Notes: generated by a model from the letters alone, not told the origin. 64,000 nucleotides of DNA from a virus (IMGVR_UViG_3300010346_000241:64001-128000), one strand, 5' to 3'. Positions 1 to 10,752 are shown, counted from the first letter of the stretch. A program made the numbers and translations.

Positions 1-2
1 GA

Positions 3-3000
3 AAGAAGGATTATGCTGACCTGATCGACAGAATCCTTAATCTCAAGATCAATCAGAAGCTTCTTGGTGAGGCTGAGAAGTACTTCGATACTAATAAACC
101 TGTAGAGGGAGACGGTGAGGTTCACACCAATGCGTTCCTCTCAGATGGATTCCATCCTATTAGAGCTGTCAAGAACTTCTTCTCAGGCAACAGGAACTCA
201 GAGAAGGGTTCAAAGGATGCTCAGGACAATGAAAAGAACAGCGTATTCTCTAAGATGCTTACAGAACTTAAGGGTATCAAGGATAACACCAAGGAGAGCC
301 TTAAGGATAAGATAGGCAATATCAAGGAGAAAGGTGGTTCTCTGATTCAGAAGATCATCAAGGGTGCCGTTAAGGTTGCTATCTTCGCTCCTCTGTTCGC
401 TGGAATCTATAAGCAGTTCGTAAAGCCTTGGGTTAAGGAACACCTTATGCCTTTCTTTAAGGATAAGCTTGGTCCTCTCTTCCTGGGCAAGAAGAACACA
501 TATCAAGATGAAGATGGAAACACCGTAGAGAAGTGGGAAGGTGGTATGTTCAGCGGTCTAGCTAACATGATATCTCCAGCACTTGCTAAGGTGAAGAACT
601 TCTTCAAGGGAGCTAAAGACTGGATCTTTAATAAGGGTGAATACTCCTCTCCAGATAAAGGAAGTTCAGGACTCCTTCATTCACTCGTAGATCTCTGGAA
701 AATTGGTGCGGATTCTATCATGACCAAACTTCCTAAGGTACTGGAAGGAGTTAAGAATGGTGTTGGTAGCGTAGTAACTAAGGGATTTGAAATCGTAACC
801 ACTAATGCTATCCCTGCTCTCTTCAAGGGTGTAGGATATGCTGTTAAGGGTGTAATCAATGCCATCAAGAAGCCTAATAGTACGGAAGTTGGACAGGGTG
901 ATCCTTCTAGCTTAGTCGACGTGGCTAACAATATTGATGCATATAACCAGCTCAATGCTGCTGATCAGGCTATAGTATCTGGTGCTAAGTCGGTTCATAC
1001 TGTGACTAACCCATTCACTGGTGCTAAGAATATCTTCGCGGTATCCAATGAAGGCGAAATCAATCAAGTAGGTTCTGGTTCAGGTTATCAGATTGGTTCT
1101 GATATGGCTAAACTTAATAGTTCTCTCGGTGTTCTTAACGGTGGAAACAAAGTTACTGCTGTAGGAACTTCTGAAACAATTAATGCTACTAGCACAAGAA
1201 CAGATATAGCTGGCGATGCTGTATATTATGCTGATGACGATACCGAGCACAAGAATCCTCTCAGAATGGATGCTAATGGCAACTACTACAAGGCTAAAGA
1301 CCTTATAGAAGCTCAGAATTCAGACTATAGAACCAATAATGTATGGAACAGCATGCATGCTGAAGAGAATCTCATCAATGCTGAAGAAGCAGATGCGTCA
1401 AACGTAGCTCAAGCTAGTCTTGGTAATAGACTTGTTACAGGATATGGCAAGAGAGCACTTATAGGTAATAAGAGCTATAAGGGTCTCTATACACTTAGCT
1501 CTAGACTGTTCGGTAAAGGAACTCAGAAAGCTGCTATCGGAGTTAAGAAAACTCTTGGTAGGATACCTGGAGTTGGCGGTAAAGTCTTCAAGGGTGTTGG
1601 CACTGTAGCTGAAAAGGAAGGTAAGGCAATCGAGAAACTCACCGATAAGGCATCAAACAGAGGTGCTAAGATGGGTTGGAAGAACAAGCTCATCAATAAG
1701 CTTGCCGACAAGATCGAAGATAAGGGTCTCGATAAAATTCTTAGTACAAACGTTAAGGACCTCTTCAAGAAGAATGCTAAGGAAGCAGCAGAAGAAGGTA
1801 TTGAACAGGGTGCTAAGGGTGCAATTACCAAGATGGAGAAAGAAGTAGCTGAGAAGGCTGCTAAGGAAGTAGCTGGTGAGGCTGTAGAGAAAGTTGCTAA
1901 GGAAGGCGGAGAGAAGGCACTTAAAGAGATGGCTGAAGAAGCTGCCGAGAAGGGAGCTAAGAAAGCTATTACGGAGGGTGCTGAGAAGGCTGCTAAGAGC
2001 GGTATACTTTCTAAGCTTACTGGTTTCATCAAGAATGCATTCAAGAAACTCTTCGGAGACGGTTCAGTACTGAAAGAGTTCATCGAAGGTATAGCATCTA
2101 AGTTCGGTAAGAAAATCACATCTAAGGGTGTCGAGGAAGGTATCGAAGAAGGTGCTGAGAAGGCTGCTAAGGAAGTAGTAGAGCAGTGTGCTAAGAAGAG
2201 TGTTACTATAGCTGGAAAGATTATAGGAGCTGTCATAGAAGTAGCTGTTATGCTTATAGATTACTCTAAGGGTAAGACTCAAGCTGCAGACATTCTCCAA
2301 GTTACTCCAGATGAAATAGACAGTGTAGATAGACAGCTTGCTGGTCTTGCTAAGGTGCTTAGTGGACTTGTAATCGTTCTCACACCTACTCAGTGTGTAG
2401 GAGCAGTTATTCACTTATTCGAAGCTATAGCTAAGTGCGGTCTTGAAGATGAATACATTCAGAGACAGCAAGATGCTAAGGAATTCATAGCTGCTTACAA
2501 CAAGGAGCATGGTACAAACATGTCTCTTGAAGAGTATAACTACTCTAGAGAGAAGAACAAGCTCGACCGTGTATTATGGAACTATGCTGACAAGGCTGGT
2601 AACGGACTCGTTGGTGCTGTTACTAATATACCTGGAAGGATCAAGACTCAGATCAAGAACCTTAAAGAAGGTGGCATCAAGAAGGCATGGGCACAAACAG
2701 TTGATTGGGCTGGAAAAGATACTAAAGCTATCGGTAACTGGTTCAAGGATGCTGGTAAGGATATCTGGAATACCGATGCAGTTAAAGGCGTTCGTAAGGG
2801 AGCTAGAGCTGCAGGAGACTGGATTGTAGAGAAAGGCGCTGGTGCTGGTAAGGCTGTAAAGGGTGCTGTTAGCAAGGGTTGGAATACCGTAAAGGGTTGG
2901 TTCAATGCTCGTGCTGATCAGAACATGTATCCAATTCCATCTGCTTTACTTAACGGACTTGGCCTGGATCCATCTGGTGTTACTGGCACTATTCAGGACT

Positions 3001-6000
3001 CTATCAAGAACGGTTTATCTAATGCATTCGGAAAGGTATCTGATATCGGCAAGACATTCAAGAGCCTTATCTCTAAGAACTCTTCTGTTGATAAGAAGAT
3101 AAATGATGGTACACTGACACCTTTCGATTCTAAGTTCTGGGAAGTAAGAGGAGACTCTAAGGGCGGTATAGCTGACTCTATGTTCTCTCTGAAGGAGCTC
3201 ATGGAAAGAGTAGTTAAGGCACCATTCGCAATCGTATCAAACACAATGAAGAATGTTACTGGAGCTATGAGTAGCGACAAGGGTGATATTAAGACAACTA
3301 AGGTGTCTAATGGTACAAACTCCAAGTCAGACACTTCATTCACATCAAAGCTCACTTCGTCTATCAAGACTGGTATAAGTAAGATAAAGAGCATCTTCGG
3401 TATGGGTAGTGATGACAGTTATGGTAATGGTACATATGATCCAGATCATATTTATCAGAGAGACTATAACGGTTCTTACTCTACTAAGGGAGACTCTACA
3501 AGACAAACACTTGCTGATTCTGGTTGTGGTCCTGCAGCTGCTGCTACAGTAGCTAGAAAGTTTGGTATCAGAGATGCCAATATAACAGAGGCTGGAAAGT
3601 ATGCTATGGCCAACAACTACAAGGAAGTCAACGGTGGTACATACCCTGCATTCTTTACAGACTATCTGGCTAAGAAGGGTATACCTGCTAACGTTACATC
3701 TAGCAACAAGAATGTTCTGAAGTCACTGCTTAATGGTAATCCTGTCGTACTGATGGGTAACGATTATAGCAATAGCGGAAACACTCCTTACGGTAGCCAG
3801 GCTCACTATGTAGTAGCTACAGGTATTGATAAAAACGGTAAAGTTATTGTTGAAGACTCTGAGTCAAGAACAAGTGGCGACCGTTACGACCTTGCTTCTA
3901 CACTGGCTAACAGTTCTGTCAAGATTACTACGGGTATGGGTAAAGAGACTCTTCTCTCGATGTTCATCTCCAATACAGCTAATGCTATACTTGTACCTTA
4001 CGGTAAGATTCTCAAGAACGTACTCAATACTTCTAGCACTAAGAAGGGCAGCACATCTGGTTCTGTTGGAGGAAATCCTGGTGATGCTTCTAAGATGAAG
4101 GGTAAGACACTTACTCTGTCAGATGATGCTGGCAATACACATACAATCTCCATTACCGATGACGAGGTTGAGCTCTACGCTATGCTCACTGGTGAATGCG
4201 GACTTAGTCCTGCTGCAGCTTGTGGTGCTATAGGTAACTGGGAGCAAGAGTGTGGTATCAACTCTATCAGAAGCGTTGCTACTAAGGGCGTAATATACTA
4301 TGGTGGCGGTATCATGCAATGGACTCCTGGTTCTAAACACGAGAACTGGGCTAGAGATAATGGCTTCGCTGGCGACGTATGGAGTTGGGAAGCAAACCTT
4401 GAACATGCTAAACACGAGATCATGAACGGCGGTAACTGGGCTAATCCTGCTAACGCTAGTCCTTCATTTGCATCTCAGGGACTTACACCAGTGGGTTCCT
4501 TCGAGGAATTCAAGAAGCTCTCAGATCCTGAATCTGCAGCTGCTAACTTCGAAAGAGTATTCGAAGTTTCAGGTGACTGGAATGGTAGAAACTCTGAGGG
4601 AGTTCACTATTCTGAGAATATGATCTACGATCGTCTCAGAAGACTGAATGCTAAGATACTGTATGAGCTTATCGTCAATGGTAAGAGCGATACAGACAGC
4701 ACAGGTAAGGGTAGAGCTAACAGAATACTCAGCAGATTCGGTAAGGGAACAGATGGTTATGACTACATGGCTTATTATGATGACGCTAAGGCAGCTTATG
4801 ATAAGCGCATGAAGGAAATGAACGATCTTAAGAACCATAGGGGTACATTTAAGAACTTAAGTGGACCTGGTTACGATGCTGCTTGGGAGAGAGTCAACGA
4901 CGATCTCCAAAGATCAAAGATACAGTTCGATATGGCTGAAACATTCAGAAACCTCAAGAAGGTTGGTAAGAGTGATGCTGAAGCTTTTGAGACTGTATAC
5001 AAGAGCCGTACAAATATGGGTAACAGATTCCCAGATAAATACGGTACAGTTATCCAGGATTCTAGATCACATAAGGAAATCAGTGAGAATGCTAAGGCTG
5101 ATGAAGCTGCTAAGTCTGGTGCTACTACATCGACAGCATCTGCATCGTCTGGCAAGCAGTCACTCTTTAGTATTATTTCTAATGATATCATTACTGCATC
5201 AAAGAAACTCTTCGGACCTCTGTATGATGCTCTCTTCGGAGACACAGCAGAAGAAGAAGGAGCAAGTTCTAGCAGTGGTGTACCAGGCGACGTTAATACT
5301 AACTTCAATGGACAGATCGTTGCTCCATTCAGAGGTAAGTTTAAGTGCTCATGTAGATATGGTTGGTATAACGATGGCGTTCATCCTAATGGACATAATG
5401 GTACTGACCTGCTTTCATGCGGTTCTTCAGACGAAGACTGGACAGTATACTCTCTTTGTGATGGTGTCGTTACACACGTTACAACTGGATATACTCCTAA
5501 CACTGGTTGTCTTGGTTCTAGCGATGGCGGAGGATTTGGTAACTATGTAGAAGTTACTGGTACTGACGGATATATCTATCAATTCGGTCATCTTAATGCA
5601 GTTCATCAAGACATCAAGGAGAATACTCAAGTTTATATCGGTTCACCAATCGGTATAGGTGGTCATACTGGTTCATCTACAGGTAGACATCTCCACTTCG
5701 GTATCAAGAAGTCTGATGGTACATTCATCAACCCTGAAGTTTATATCATGGGCTTCCCGAATGATGATATCGTAGAATATCAGGAATACGAATCACACCT
5801 CTTCACTGGTCAGGGTAGAAAGGCTCCTAAGATTAGCATGTCTGAATTCAAGTTCGGTACAGCTAGAAGTCCTAGAACGGTTAGCCAATCTAGACAGGCT
5901 GAGCTTGCTATGAGAATGAAGTCTGCTAATAAGAAGATCTATAATACTCTTGGTGCAGAGAATCAGAGCTATAGACGTAAACTTCTGAAGACAAGAGCTG

Positions 6001-6443
6001 AGGATAACAGAAATCCACAGCTGATTCAGACAGGTATCTATGCAGATGCAGTACACAATGCCGCTAGACGTAGTGTTATTCCTCAGACTAACATCAAGAT
6101 CAACGGTAGTGATGCTGTAGCTATACCAGCTAACTCTGGTATGGGAATGGGTAGAGGTTCTGAATCTACAATCAATTTGGAACTTACATCAGTAGTAGAA
6201 ATCCTCAAGACTATAGCAGATAACAGTGCTAGAAATGAACAGATAGTTCAGCTCCTTGCTGCTATCGTAGCTAACACTGCTGCTAAGAATGGAGACACAA
6301 CAACTGCTGATCTTCTTAAGCTTATCACTACAGCAGGTGGAAGACCAAGTACATCAGCTCCTATCACAGCACTCAACTCTATACTCAACAACTCCACAAG
6401 TAAAGACATATCATCTGCAGTGTATCAGATAGCTAAGAATTAA
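3..6443 (+). CDS. Tape-measure / tail-associated lysin (5'-truncated, >2140 aa) with C39-like peptidase, phage tail lysozyme and M23 peptidase domains
   Basis: The frame is open from base 3, so the gene starts upstream of the window. Long Ala/Lys/Gly-rich helical region. C39-like motifs YQRDY..SGCGPAAAA..HYVVATG (~3445-3930), lysozyme-like GAIGNWEQE..GIMQWT..FERVFE (~4160-4680) and M23 HNGTD..GHLN..STGRHLHF (~5310-5750). Confidence 0.85.
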   Translation, partial: KKDYADLIDRILNLKINQKLLGEAEKYFDTNKPVEGDGEVHTNAFLSDGFHPIRAVKNFFSGNRNSEKGSKDAQDNEKNSVFSKMLTELKGIKDNTKESLKDKIGNIKEKGGSLIQKIIKGAVKVAIFAPLFAGIYKQFVKPWVKEHLMPFFKDKLGPLFLGKKNTYQDEDGNTVEKWEGGMFSGLANMISPALAKVKNFFKGAKDWIFNKGEYSSPDKGSSGLLHSLVDLWKIGADSIMTKLPKVLEGVKNGVGSVVTKGFEIVTTNAIPALFKGVGYAVKGVINAIKKPNSTEVGQGDPSSLVDVANNIDAYNQLNAADQAIVSGAKSVHTVTNPFTGAKNIFAVSNEGEINQVGSGSGYQIGSDMAKLNSSLGVLNGGNKVTAVGTSETINATSTRTDIAGDAVYYADDDTEHKNPLRMDANGNYYKAKDLIEAQNSDYRTNNVWNSMHAEENLINAEEADASNVAQASLGNRLVTGYGKRALIGNKSYKGLYTLSSRLFGKGTQKAAIGVKKTLGRIPGVGGKVFKGVGTVAEKEGKAIEKLTDKASNRGAKMGWKNKLINKLADKIEDKGLDKILSTNVKDLFKKNAKEAAEEGIEQGAKGAITKMEKEVAEKAAKEVAGEAVEKVAKEGGEKALKEMAEEAAEKGAKKAITEGAEKAAKSGILSKLTGFIKNAFKKLFGDGSVLKEFIEGIASKFGKKITSKGVEEGIEEGAEKAAKEVVEQCAKKSVTIAGKIIGAVIEVAVMLIDYSKGKTQAADILQVTPDEIDSVDRQLAGLAKVLSGLVIVLTPTQCVGAVIHLFEAIAKCGLEDEYIQRQQDAKEFIAAYNKEHGTNMSLEEYNYSREKNKLDRVLWNYADKAGNGLVGAVTNIPGRIKTQIKNLKEGGIKKAWAQTVDWAGKDTKAIGNWFKDAGKDIWNTDAVKGVRKGARAAGDWIVEKGAGAGKAVKGAVSKGWNTVKGWFNARADQNMYPIPSALLNGLGLDPSGVTGTIQDSIKNGLSNAFGKVSDIGKTFKSLISKNSSVDKKINDGTLTPFDSKFWEVRGDSKGGIADSMFSLKELMERVVKAPFAIVSNTMKNVTGAMSSDKGDIKTTKVSNGTNSKSDTSFTSKLTSSIKTGISKIKSIFGMGSDDSYGNGTYDPDHIYQRDYNGSYSTKGDSTRQTLADSGCGPAAAATVARKFGIRDANITEAGKYAMANNYKEVNGGTYPAFFTDYLAKKGIPANVTSSNKNVLKSLLNGNPVVLMGNDYSNSGNTPYGSQAHYVVATGIDKNGKVIVEDSESRTSGDRYDLASTLANSSVKITTGMGKETLLSMFISNTANAILVPYGKILKNVLNTSSTKKGSTSGSVGGNPGDASKMKGKTLTLSDDAGNTHTISITDDEVELYAMLTGECGLSPAAACGAIGNWEQECGINSIRSVATKGVIYYGGGIMQWTPGSKHENWARDNGFAGDVWSWEANLEHAKHEIMNGGNWANPANASPSFASQGLTPVGSFEEFKKLSDPESAAANFERVFEVSGDWNGRNSEGVHYSENMIYDRLRRLNAKILYELIVNGKSDTDSTGKGRANRILSRFGKGTDGYDYMAYYDDAKAAYDKRMKEMNDLKNHRGTFKNLSGPGYDAAWERVNDDLQRSKIQFDMAETFRNLKKVGKSDAEAFETVYKSRTNMGNRFPDKYGTVIQDSRSHKEISENAKADEAAKSGATTSTASASSGKQSLFSIISNDIITASKKLFGPLYDALFGDTAEEEGASSSSGVPGDVNTNFNGQIVAPFRGKFKCSCRYGWYNDGVHPNGHNGTDLLSCGSSDEDWTVYSLCDGVVTHVTTGYTPNTGCLGSSDGGGFGNYVEVTGTDGYIYQFGHLNAVHQDIKENTQVYIGSPIGIGGHTGSSTGRHLHFGIKKSDGTFINPEVYIMGFPNDDIVEYQEYESHLFTGQGRKAPKISMSEFKFGTARSPRTVSQSRQAELAMRMKSANKKIYNTLGAENQSYRRKLLKTRAEDNRNPQLIQTGIYADAVHNAARRSVIPQTNIKINGSDAVAIPANSGMGMGRGSESTINLELTSVVEILKTIADNSARNEQIVQLLAAIVANTAAKNGDTTTADLLKLITTAGGRPSTSAPITALNSILNNSTSKDISSAVYQIAKN

Positions 6444-6453
6444 CGTGAGAAGA

Positions 6454-6486
6454 CCAGTAGAGGGAAACCTCTACTGGCTCTCTTTT
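6454..6486 (+). terminator. Intrinsic terminator
   Basis: CCAGTAGAGG-GAAA-CCTCTACTGG hairpin followed by a pyrimidine/T tract, just after the stop codon. Confidence 0.8.
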
Positions 6487-6494
6487 GCCTCTGG

Positions 6495-6506
6495 AACATT
6501 TCTATA
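6495..6506 (+). promoter_or_regulatory. Late promoter AACA-N6-TA
   Basis: AACA-tttcta-TA upstream of the RBS of 6533; matches the AR9 late promoter consensus. Confidence 0.75.
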
Positions 6507-6532
6507 ACAACGACTAAGAAGGAGGTAACGTT

Positions 6533-8620
6533 ATGGCTAATACATTCTATGTAGATCATAAAGACATGATATCCATGTTAACCAATGTCCACTTTGGCGC
6601 CTGGCTGGTTATAGATAGTCCTACTATAGCAGCATATGGAGATTTCTCTCATATACCAGATTCATTCATTGGTAATATCAGTGGTCCTATCAAGGTTATA
6701 ACGAATGATTATAAAGCTATAGATGGAAAGCACTACGTATTAGTATTGGTACCATCAGATACAGTAGGAAACAACTGGAAGAAAGCTCAGTATGTATGGA
6801 TCAATATAGGAACTGATGATAGTGGTATAGCTAAACTCTATACAGGAGGAAATAACAATAGCTACATCAAGAAGACTAGGATAACTTCATACACAAAGCA
6901 TGATGCTGGAAGAGATCTTGCTTCTACGCCTAAGTTCGTAGAGTGTGGTAGAGCTGATCTCAATAGAATCCAAAACATATCTGAATGGTCAGCTAATATA
7001 AGTGTTATGCAAGGAGACGCTAGTGCTGCTGGAGGAGAAGACGCTGTAGCTAGAATAGAGGCATATGCTGTAGATGAGTTTTGGATTACAGATCCTACTG
7101 CTACTGCCGCAGACTACAGTAAAGCTATAGATAGTATGAATGACCTTAAGAAACTTAGATTTGTCTTCGGTCTTCCTTATCAATTCCTTCCAACCGCAGA
7201 TATGAGAGTTCAGAATAGCAATCCTAACTCTGCTGGAGAAGATGAGATCTTTGGTGTAACCTTTGCAGAGAAGATAGCATCTAGAATGCCTCTCTTATAT
7301 CTAACTCCAGGTAACTCAAGATTCCTTGCTGACAATACATCATCAGAACGTCAGGGTGCTATCTCTAATATCATCGACCACATGTTTGGAGGTAATGATG
7401 GTAATCTGAATGACCTTCTTGACGGTTACTCTGGTAAGCTGTATTCTATACAGCCTGCTTACAATGAATACTTCCAGTATGTTAATCCTATGTGTAGAAT
7501 AGGTGCAGTTCTATTAGGACTCGATCACCTTGCTACAGGCCAAGATAAGAGAGCTATAGCAGATGATTTCGATACAGAAGCAGAGTATAACGAGTATAGA
7601 ATGCTTGATGGACGTGCTTGTTCCGACTATAACTGGGCTTGGGCTGATAATAGCGGAGAGGACGATTCATTCAAGGGAGACAATGAGACTAATTCTGCGT
7701 TCGAAAAGGTTGTAGAGTGGGCTGAAGATACTTTGTCTTGGATATACTATCGTCAAGTTATCCCATTTTATATCACATCTGAGGCTCAGTTCTCAGATAA
7801 CTTCTCGAATGAGACTACAGAATCTAGTCTTGCATCTAAGATCAATGGTTTCTCTGATGCAGCAAGAGAGATGCAGTTCCTTATGGGAAGTACATCATCT
7901 ATGATAGCAGAAGACTTTGATGCTTTGGGAGATGTATTCGCTAACTCTCGTAAGGCTATAGACGACTTCACCTCTAAGCTCGCTGGTAATGGTAATATCT
8001 TCTCTAGCTTACTTGGTTCACTGAAGACTGTAGCTACTGGCGGTAGACTTCAGTTCCCTAATATCTGGTCTAACTCTTCATACAACAAGAGCTATCAAGT
8101 AAGTATCAAGCTTACTACACCATACTATGACGTCAAGTCGTGGTGGTTAAATATCTATGTTCCGTTGTGTCATCTTATAGGTCTTGTTATGCCTAGAGGT
8201 GAGTACCACAATGGCTATTCAGCACCGTTCCTTGTAAAGGCTTTCTATAAGGGATCGTTCAATATAGATATGGGTATCATCACTGAAATGACAGTCAATA
8301 AGGGTAAAGAAGGTGGATGGACAAAGGATGGTCTTCCTACAGTAGTAGATGTATCGTTCACTATCCAAGATCTCTATTCTTCAATCTCTATGACTCCTAT
8401 TACACTTGCTAAGAGCAACACTTTGGAGAATATTCAGGAGCTTGACTATCTCTGCAGTCTCTGTGGTATCAATATCAATGAACCTGAGCTTACGAGAATC
8501 GTTAAGCTGTATGCTACACTCAATATCACCAGCAAGTGGGTAGACATTCCGTTCAATCTTACTGCCAATATAGGTCAGAAACTGTCTACGAAGATCTCTA
8601 ATATCTTCTCTGCGTTCTAA
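6533..8620 (+). CDS. Putative baseplate / tail-tube initiator-like structural protein (695 aa)
   Basis: AAGGAGG RBS and late promoter. The C-terminal region (IWSNSSYNKSYQVSIKL..GIITEMTVNK..GLPTVVDVSFTIQDL) resembles the tube/gp48-gp54-like fold. Adjacent to the tape measure gene. Confidence 0.55.
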   Translation: MANTFYVDHKDMISMLTNVHFGAWLVIDSPTIAAYGDFSHIPDSFIGNISGPIKVITNDYKAIDGKHYVLVLVPSDTVGNNWKKAQYVWINIGTDDSGIAKLYTGGNNNSYIKKTRITSYTKHDAGRDLASTPKFVECGRADLNRIQNISEWSANISVMQGDASAAGGEDAVARIEAYAVDEFWITDPTATAADYSKAIDSMNDLKKLRFVFGLPYQFLPTADMRVQNSNPNSAGEDEIFGVTFAEKIASRMPLLYLTPGNSRFLADNTSSERQGAISNIIDHMFGGNDGNLNDLLDGYSGKLYSIQPAYNEYFQYVNPMCRIGAVLLGLDHLATGQDKRAIADDFDTEAEYNEYRMLDGRACSDYNWAWADNSGEDDSFKGDNETNSAFEKVVEWAEDTLSWIYYRQVIPFYITSEAQFSDNFSNETTESSLASKINGFSDAAREMQFLMGSTSSMIAEDFDALGDVFANSRKAIDDFTSKLAGNGNIFSSLLGSLKTVATGGRLQFPNIWSNSSYNKSYQVSIKLTTPYYDVKSWWLNIYVPLCHLIGLVMPRGEYHNGYSAPFLVKAFYKGSFNIDMGIITEMTVNKGKEGGWTKDGLPTVVDVSFTIQDLYSSISMTPITLAKSNTLENIQELDYLCSLCGININEPELTRIVKLYATLNITSKWVDIPFNLTANIGQKLSTKISNIFSAF

Positions 8621-8640
8621 TTAGATCTAACTAGACCCAA

Positions 8641-8652
8641 AACAATAGAGTA
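8641..8652 (+). promoter_or_regulatory. Late promoter AACA-N6-TA
   Basis: AACA-atagag-TA. Confidence 0.7.
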
Positions 8653-8693
8653 AGGTGGAACACACCTTACTCTATTATAAAGGCGGTGAACGT

Positions 8694-9395
8694 GTGGCTT
8701 CTTTCAAACAAATGCAGAAGCAATACCAAGCCAAATATGGTGACATTCCACTCGACTATAAAGAGAGATTAGAGTGGATGTATGATCAATATAAGATAGA
8801 TGATCAACTTGCTAAGCAGATTCTCTCTGAGAAAGCTAGACGAATGGAGAATCTGTACTATAATCGGATATCATTTGTACTGTATATGGTACCAGAAGGT
8901 GCTAAACGTCCTAGATATAGGCTAATCAACAGATCTAACATCACAGAGTTCGCTAAGAGCTCTGACTTTATTCATGTGTACTCCCCTGGAGCTTCACAGA
9001 ATAATGCGTACATGAGAAGAGTAGTAGATTCTGGAGAGCTAGATGAGCTCAATCAGATCATCTGTACACCATGCGATGTAACGTATAGAGCTTATTTCCC
9101 AACTCCTAGCTACTATAACAGAGTAGAAAAGTTCATTGCAGAAATAGGGTTAGATCGTCATATCTATAAACCAGACTTCGACAACATTGCTAAGCTATAT
9201 GCAGACATGTACAATGCGAATGTATGGATCGACGATATGCTCACTATAAGAGGATTAGTTGAAAAGTACTACTCTATTCTCCCTAGAGTAGAAATAGACC
9301 TCCTCTATATGAATGCAGTATATAACAAGCATCAATACAAGAGCATCACTGCTCGTAAAGACTTTATGGAAGGAATGAATTTGACTTATGTATGA
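8694..9395 (+). CDS. rusA: RusA-like Holliday junction resolvase
   Basis: KPDFDNIAKLYADMYNANVWIDD matches the RusA KPDxDN..K...D.......DD motif. Likely GTG start at 8694 after AAGGCGG. Confidence 0.8.
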   Translation: MASFKQMQKQYQAKYGDIPLDYKERLEWMYDQYKIDDQLAKQILSEKARRMENLYYNRISFVLYMVPEGAKRPRYRLINRSNITEFAKSSDFIHVYSPGASQNNAYMRRVVDSGELDELNQIICTPCDVTYRAYFPTPSYYNRVEKFIAEIGLDRHIYKPDFDNIAKLYADMYNANVWIDDMLTIRGLVEKYYSILPRVEIDLLYMNAVYNKHQYKSITARKDFMEGMNLTYV

Positions 9396-9747
9396 TAAGA
9401 AACTGAGTGAAGATATAGATAAGATGACTTACGGAAGAGTACATCTCTGGGATAAGCTGTATTGTGATGAGAAGTGTGGTAAGGATTTCGCAGAGATACT
9501 TAATAAACGCTTCGAAGCAGATATACGACAGGACACTGCTACTAGTACTTATACCTTCGAACTTGATACAAGACTTGATATAAATCTGGTATTGGAGACT
9601 GTTAAGGAATGTGTAGTAGAAGCTATTGAGAGTATGCATAACAATAACGATATCACTGACGAAGAGTATAATGACTTCAAGTCATTAGAAGACAATCTTT
9701 TCATAATCACTACACGAATCGAAAAGAGATACTTCATAAAGGTATAA
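9388..9747 (+). CDS. Hypothetical acidic protein (119 aa)
   Basis: ORF overlaps the rusA stop and is followed by a terminator. Confidence 0.7.
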   Translation: MYDKKLSEDIDKMTYGRVHLWDKLYCDEKCGKDFAEILNKRFEADIRQDTATSTYTFELDTRLDINLVLETVKECVVEAIESMHNNNDITDEEYNDFKSLEDNLFIITTRIEKRYFIKV

Positions 9748-9751
9748 GAAA

Positions 9752-9775
9752 GTGGGTAGGGAAATCCCTACCCAC
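9752..9775. terminator. Hairpin between convergent genes (likely bidirectional terminator)
   Basis: GTGGGTAGGGA-AA-TCCCTACCCAC inverted repeat. Confidence 0.7.
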
Positions 9776-9780
9776 CCTTA

Positions 9781-10710
9781 TTAACCTTCTTTAAGATCAG
9801 CAATGAGCTTCTCGATGTAAGACTCATCAATCTTAATAAGTTTCAGTGTGTTGAGTGTCTCGAGGAATGTATACATAACCTCGCAGTGCTCAACTACTGC
9901 ATCCATATTCAGACTGGAATTCTCGATGAAGATCTTCTTAGCATCTTCGTTCTTGAATGCAGACTCAGATACAGAGTATACCATAGCTTCGAAGACTCCC
10001 TTAGTCTTGCCAGCTCTGATGTCTGTAATCTTTCTCTTAGCGTTCATCGCATAAGCTTCCTTAAGGTTCTCATCCTTGTCATTCTTCTCGATCTTCTTCT
10101 TAGTAGAGTCGAGAATAGACTTGATCTGTTCCTTAGCAGCATTGTTGGAATCGATGAACTCTGCCGTAGCACTCTTAACCTTAGTTCTGATAGCTGTGAT
10201 AGCGGAGTCAGCGTTAACTTTATCGATATCCTTGAAGAACTTCTTCTTCTGGTCATCCTTTATCTTCAGAGTAGCCTGATTCTTGGGATCAGCCTTCTCA
10301 CAGATAGAGTCGATATTGTTCTGAATGATGTAAGCAAACTCGCTCATGATATAAGAAGTGCCTCTCCACTTTCTAAGAAGATTCTGAGAACCGTTCTCAT
10401 TCACGAAATTTGTAGAGAGTACTCTGAGAAGGTCTTTGTTATAACCATTCTCAAGTATCATAGAGTCAGTACAGCTTGCTGCAAGGCAGTATACAGTTTC
10501 TGCTACGAGAGTATCTGTAACTTCCTGCTTGAATCTACCGTATGCTGCTGCAGCTTCGTCATTTGCGTAGCGGCGAGCATAGTAGTTCTCTCTGTCAGAC
10601 TGTTCAAGGATTGCTTTAGCCTTAAGTCTTTCACTAGGTATAGCTGCTTCCTTAACAGCTCTTTCCTTATATGCTAAAGCTTCCTGTATTTCGGTCTCTC
10701 TATAGTTCAT
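9781..10710 (-). CDS. Putative virion (head) structural protein (309 aa)
   Basis: AAGGAGG RBS, late-promoter variant at 10739-10750, and many [ILV]xE putative prohead protease sites. Confidence 0.55.
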   Translation of the reverse strand: MNYRETEIQEALAYKERAVKEAAIPSERLKAKAILEQSDRENYYARRYANDEAAAAYGRFKQEVTDTLVAETVYCLAASCTDSMILENGYNKDLLRVLSTNFVNENGSQNLLRKWRGTSYIMSEFAYIIQNNIDSICEKADPKNQATLKIKDDQKKKFFKDIDKVNADSAITAIRTKVKSATAEFIDSNNAAKEQIKSILDSTKKKIEKNDKDENLKEAYAMNAKRKITDIRAGKTKGVFEAMVYSVSESAFKNEDAKKIFIENSSLNMDAVVEHCEVMYTFLETLNTLKLIKIDESYIEKLIADLKEG

Positions 10711-10738
10711 TAGTTTTACCTCCTTCTAGGTATAGTTT

Positions 10739-10750
10739 TATTATAAAGTT
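10739..10750 (-). promoter_or_regulatory. Late promoter variant AACT-N6-TA
   Basis: AACT-ttataa-TA on the minus strand, upstream of 10710. Confidence 0.55.
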
Positions 10751-10752
10751 CA

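Noticed and set aside
1770-2190. EKAAKE / GAEKAAK repeats as a separate repeat element
   Set aside because: Low-complexity helical coding sequence typical of tape-measure proteins
9886-10677. Long antisense ORFs (e.g. 9886-10677, 1523-2236, 46973-47605, 31435-32028)
   Set aside because: They shadow real genes on the opposite strand, lack RBSs and have Ser/Leu-rich composition caused by codon bias
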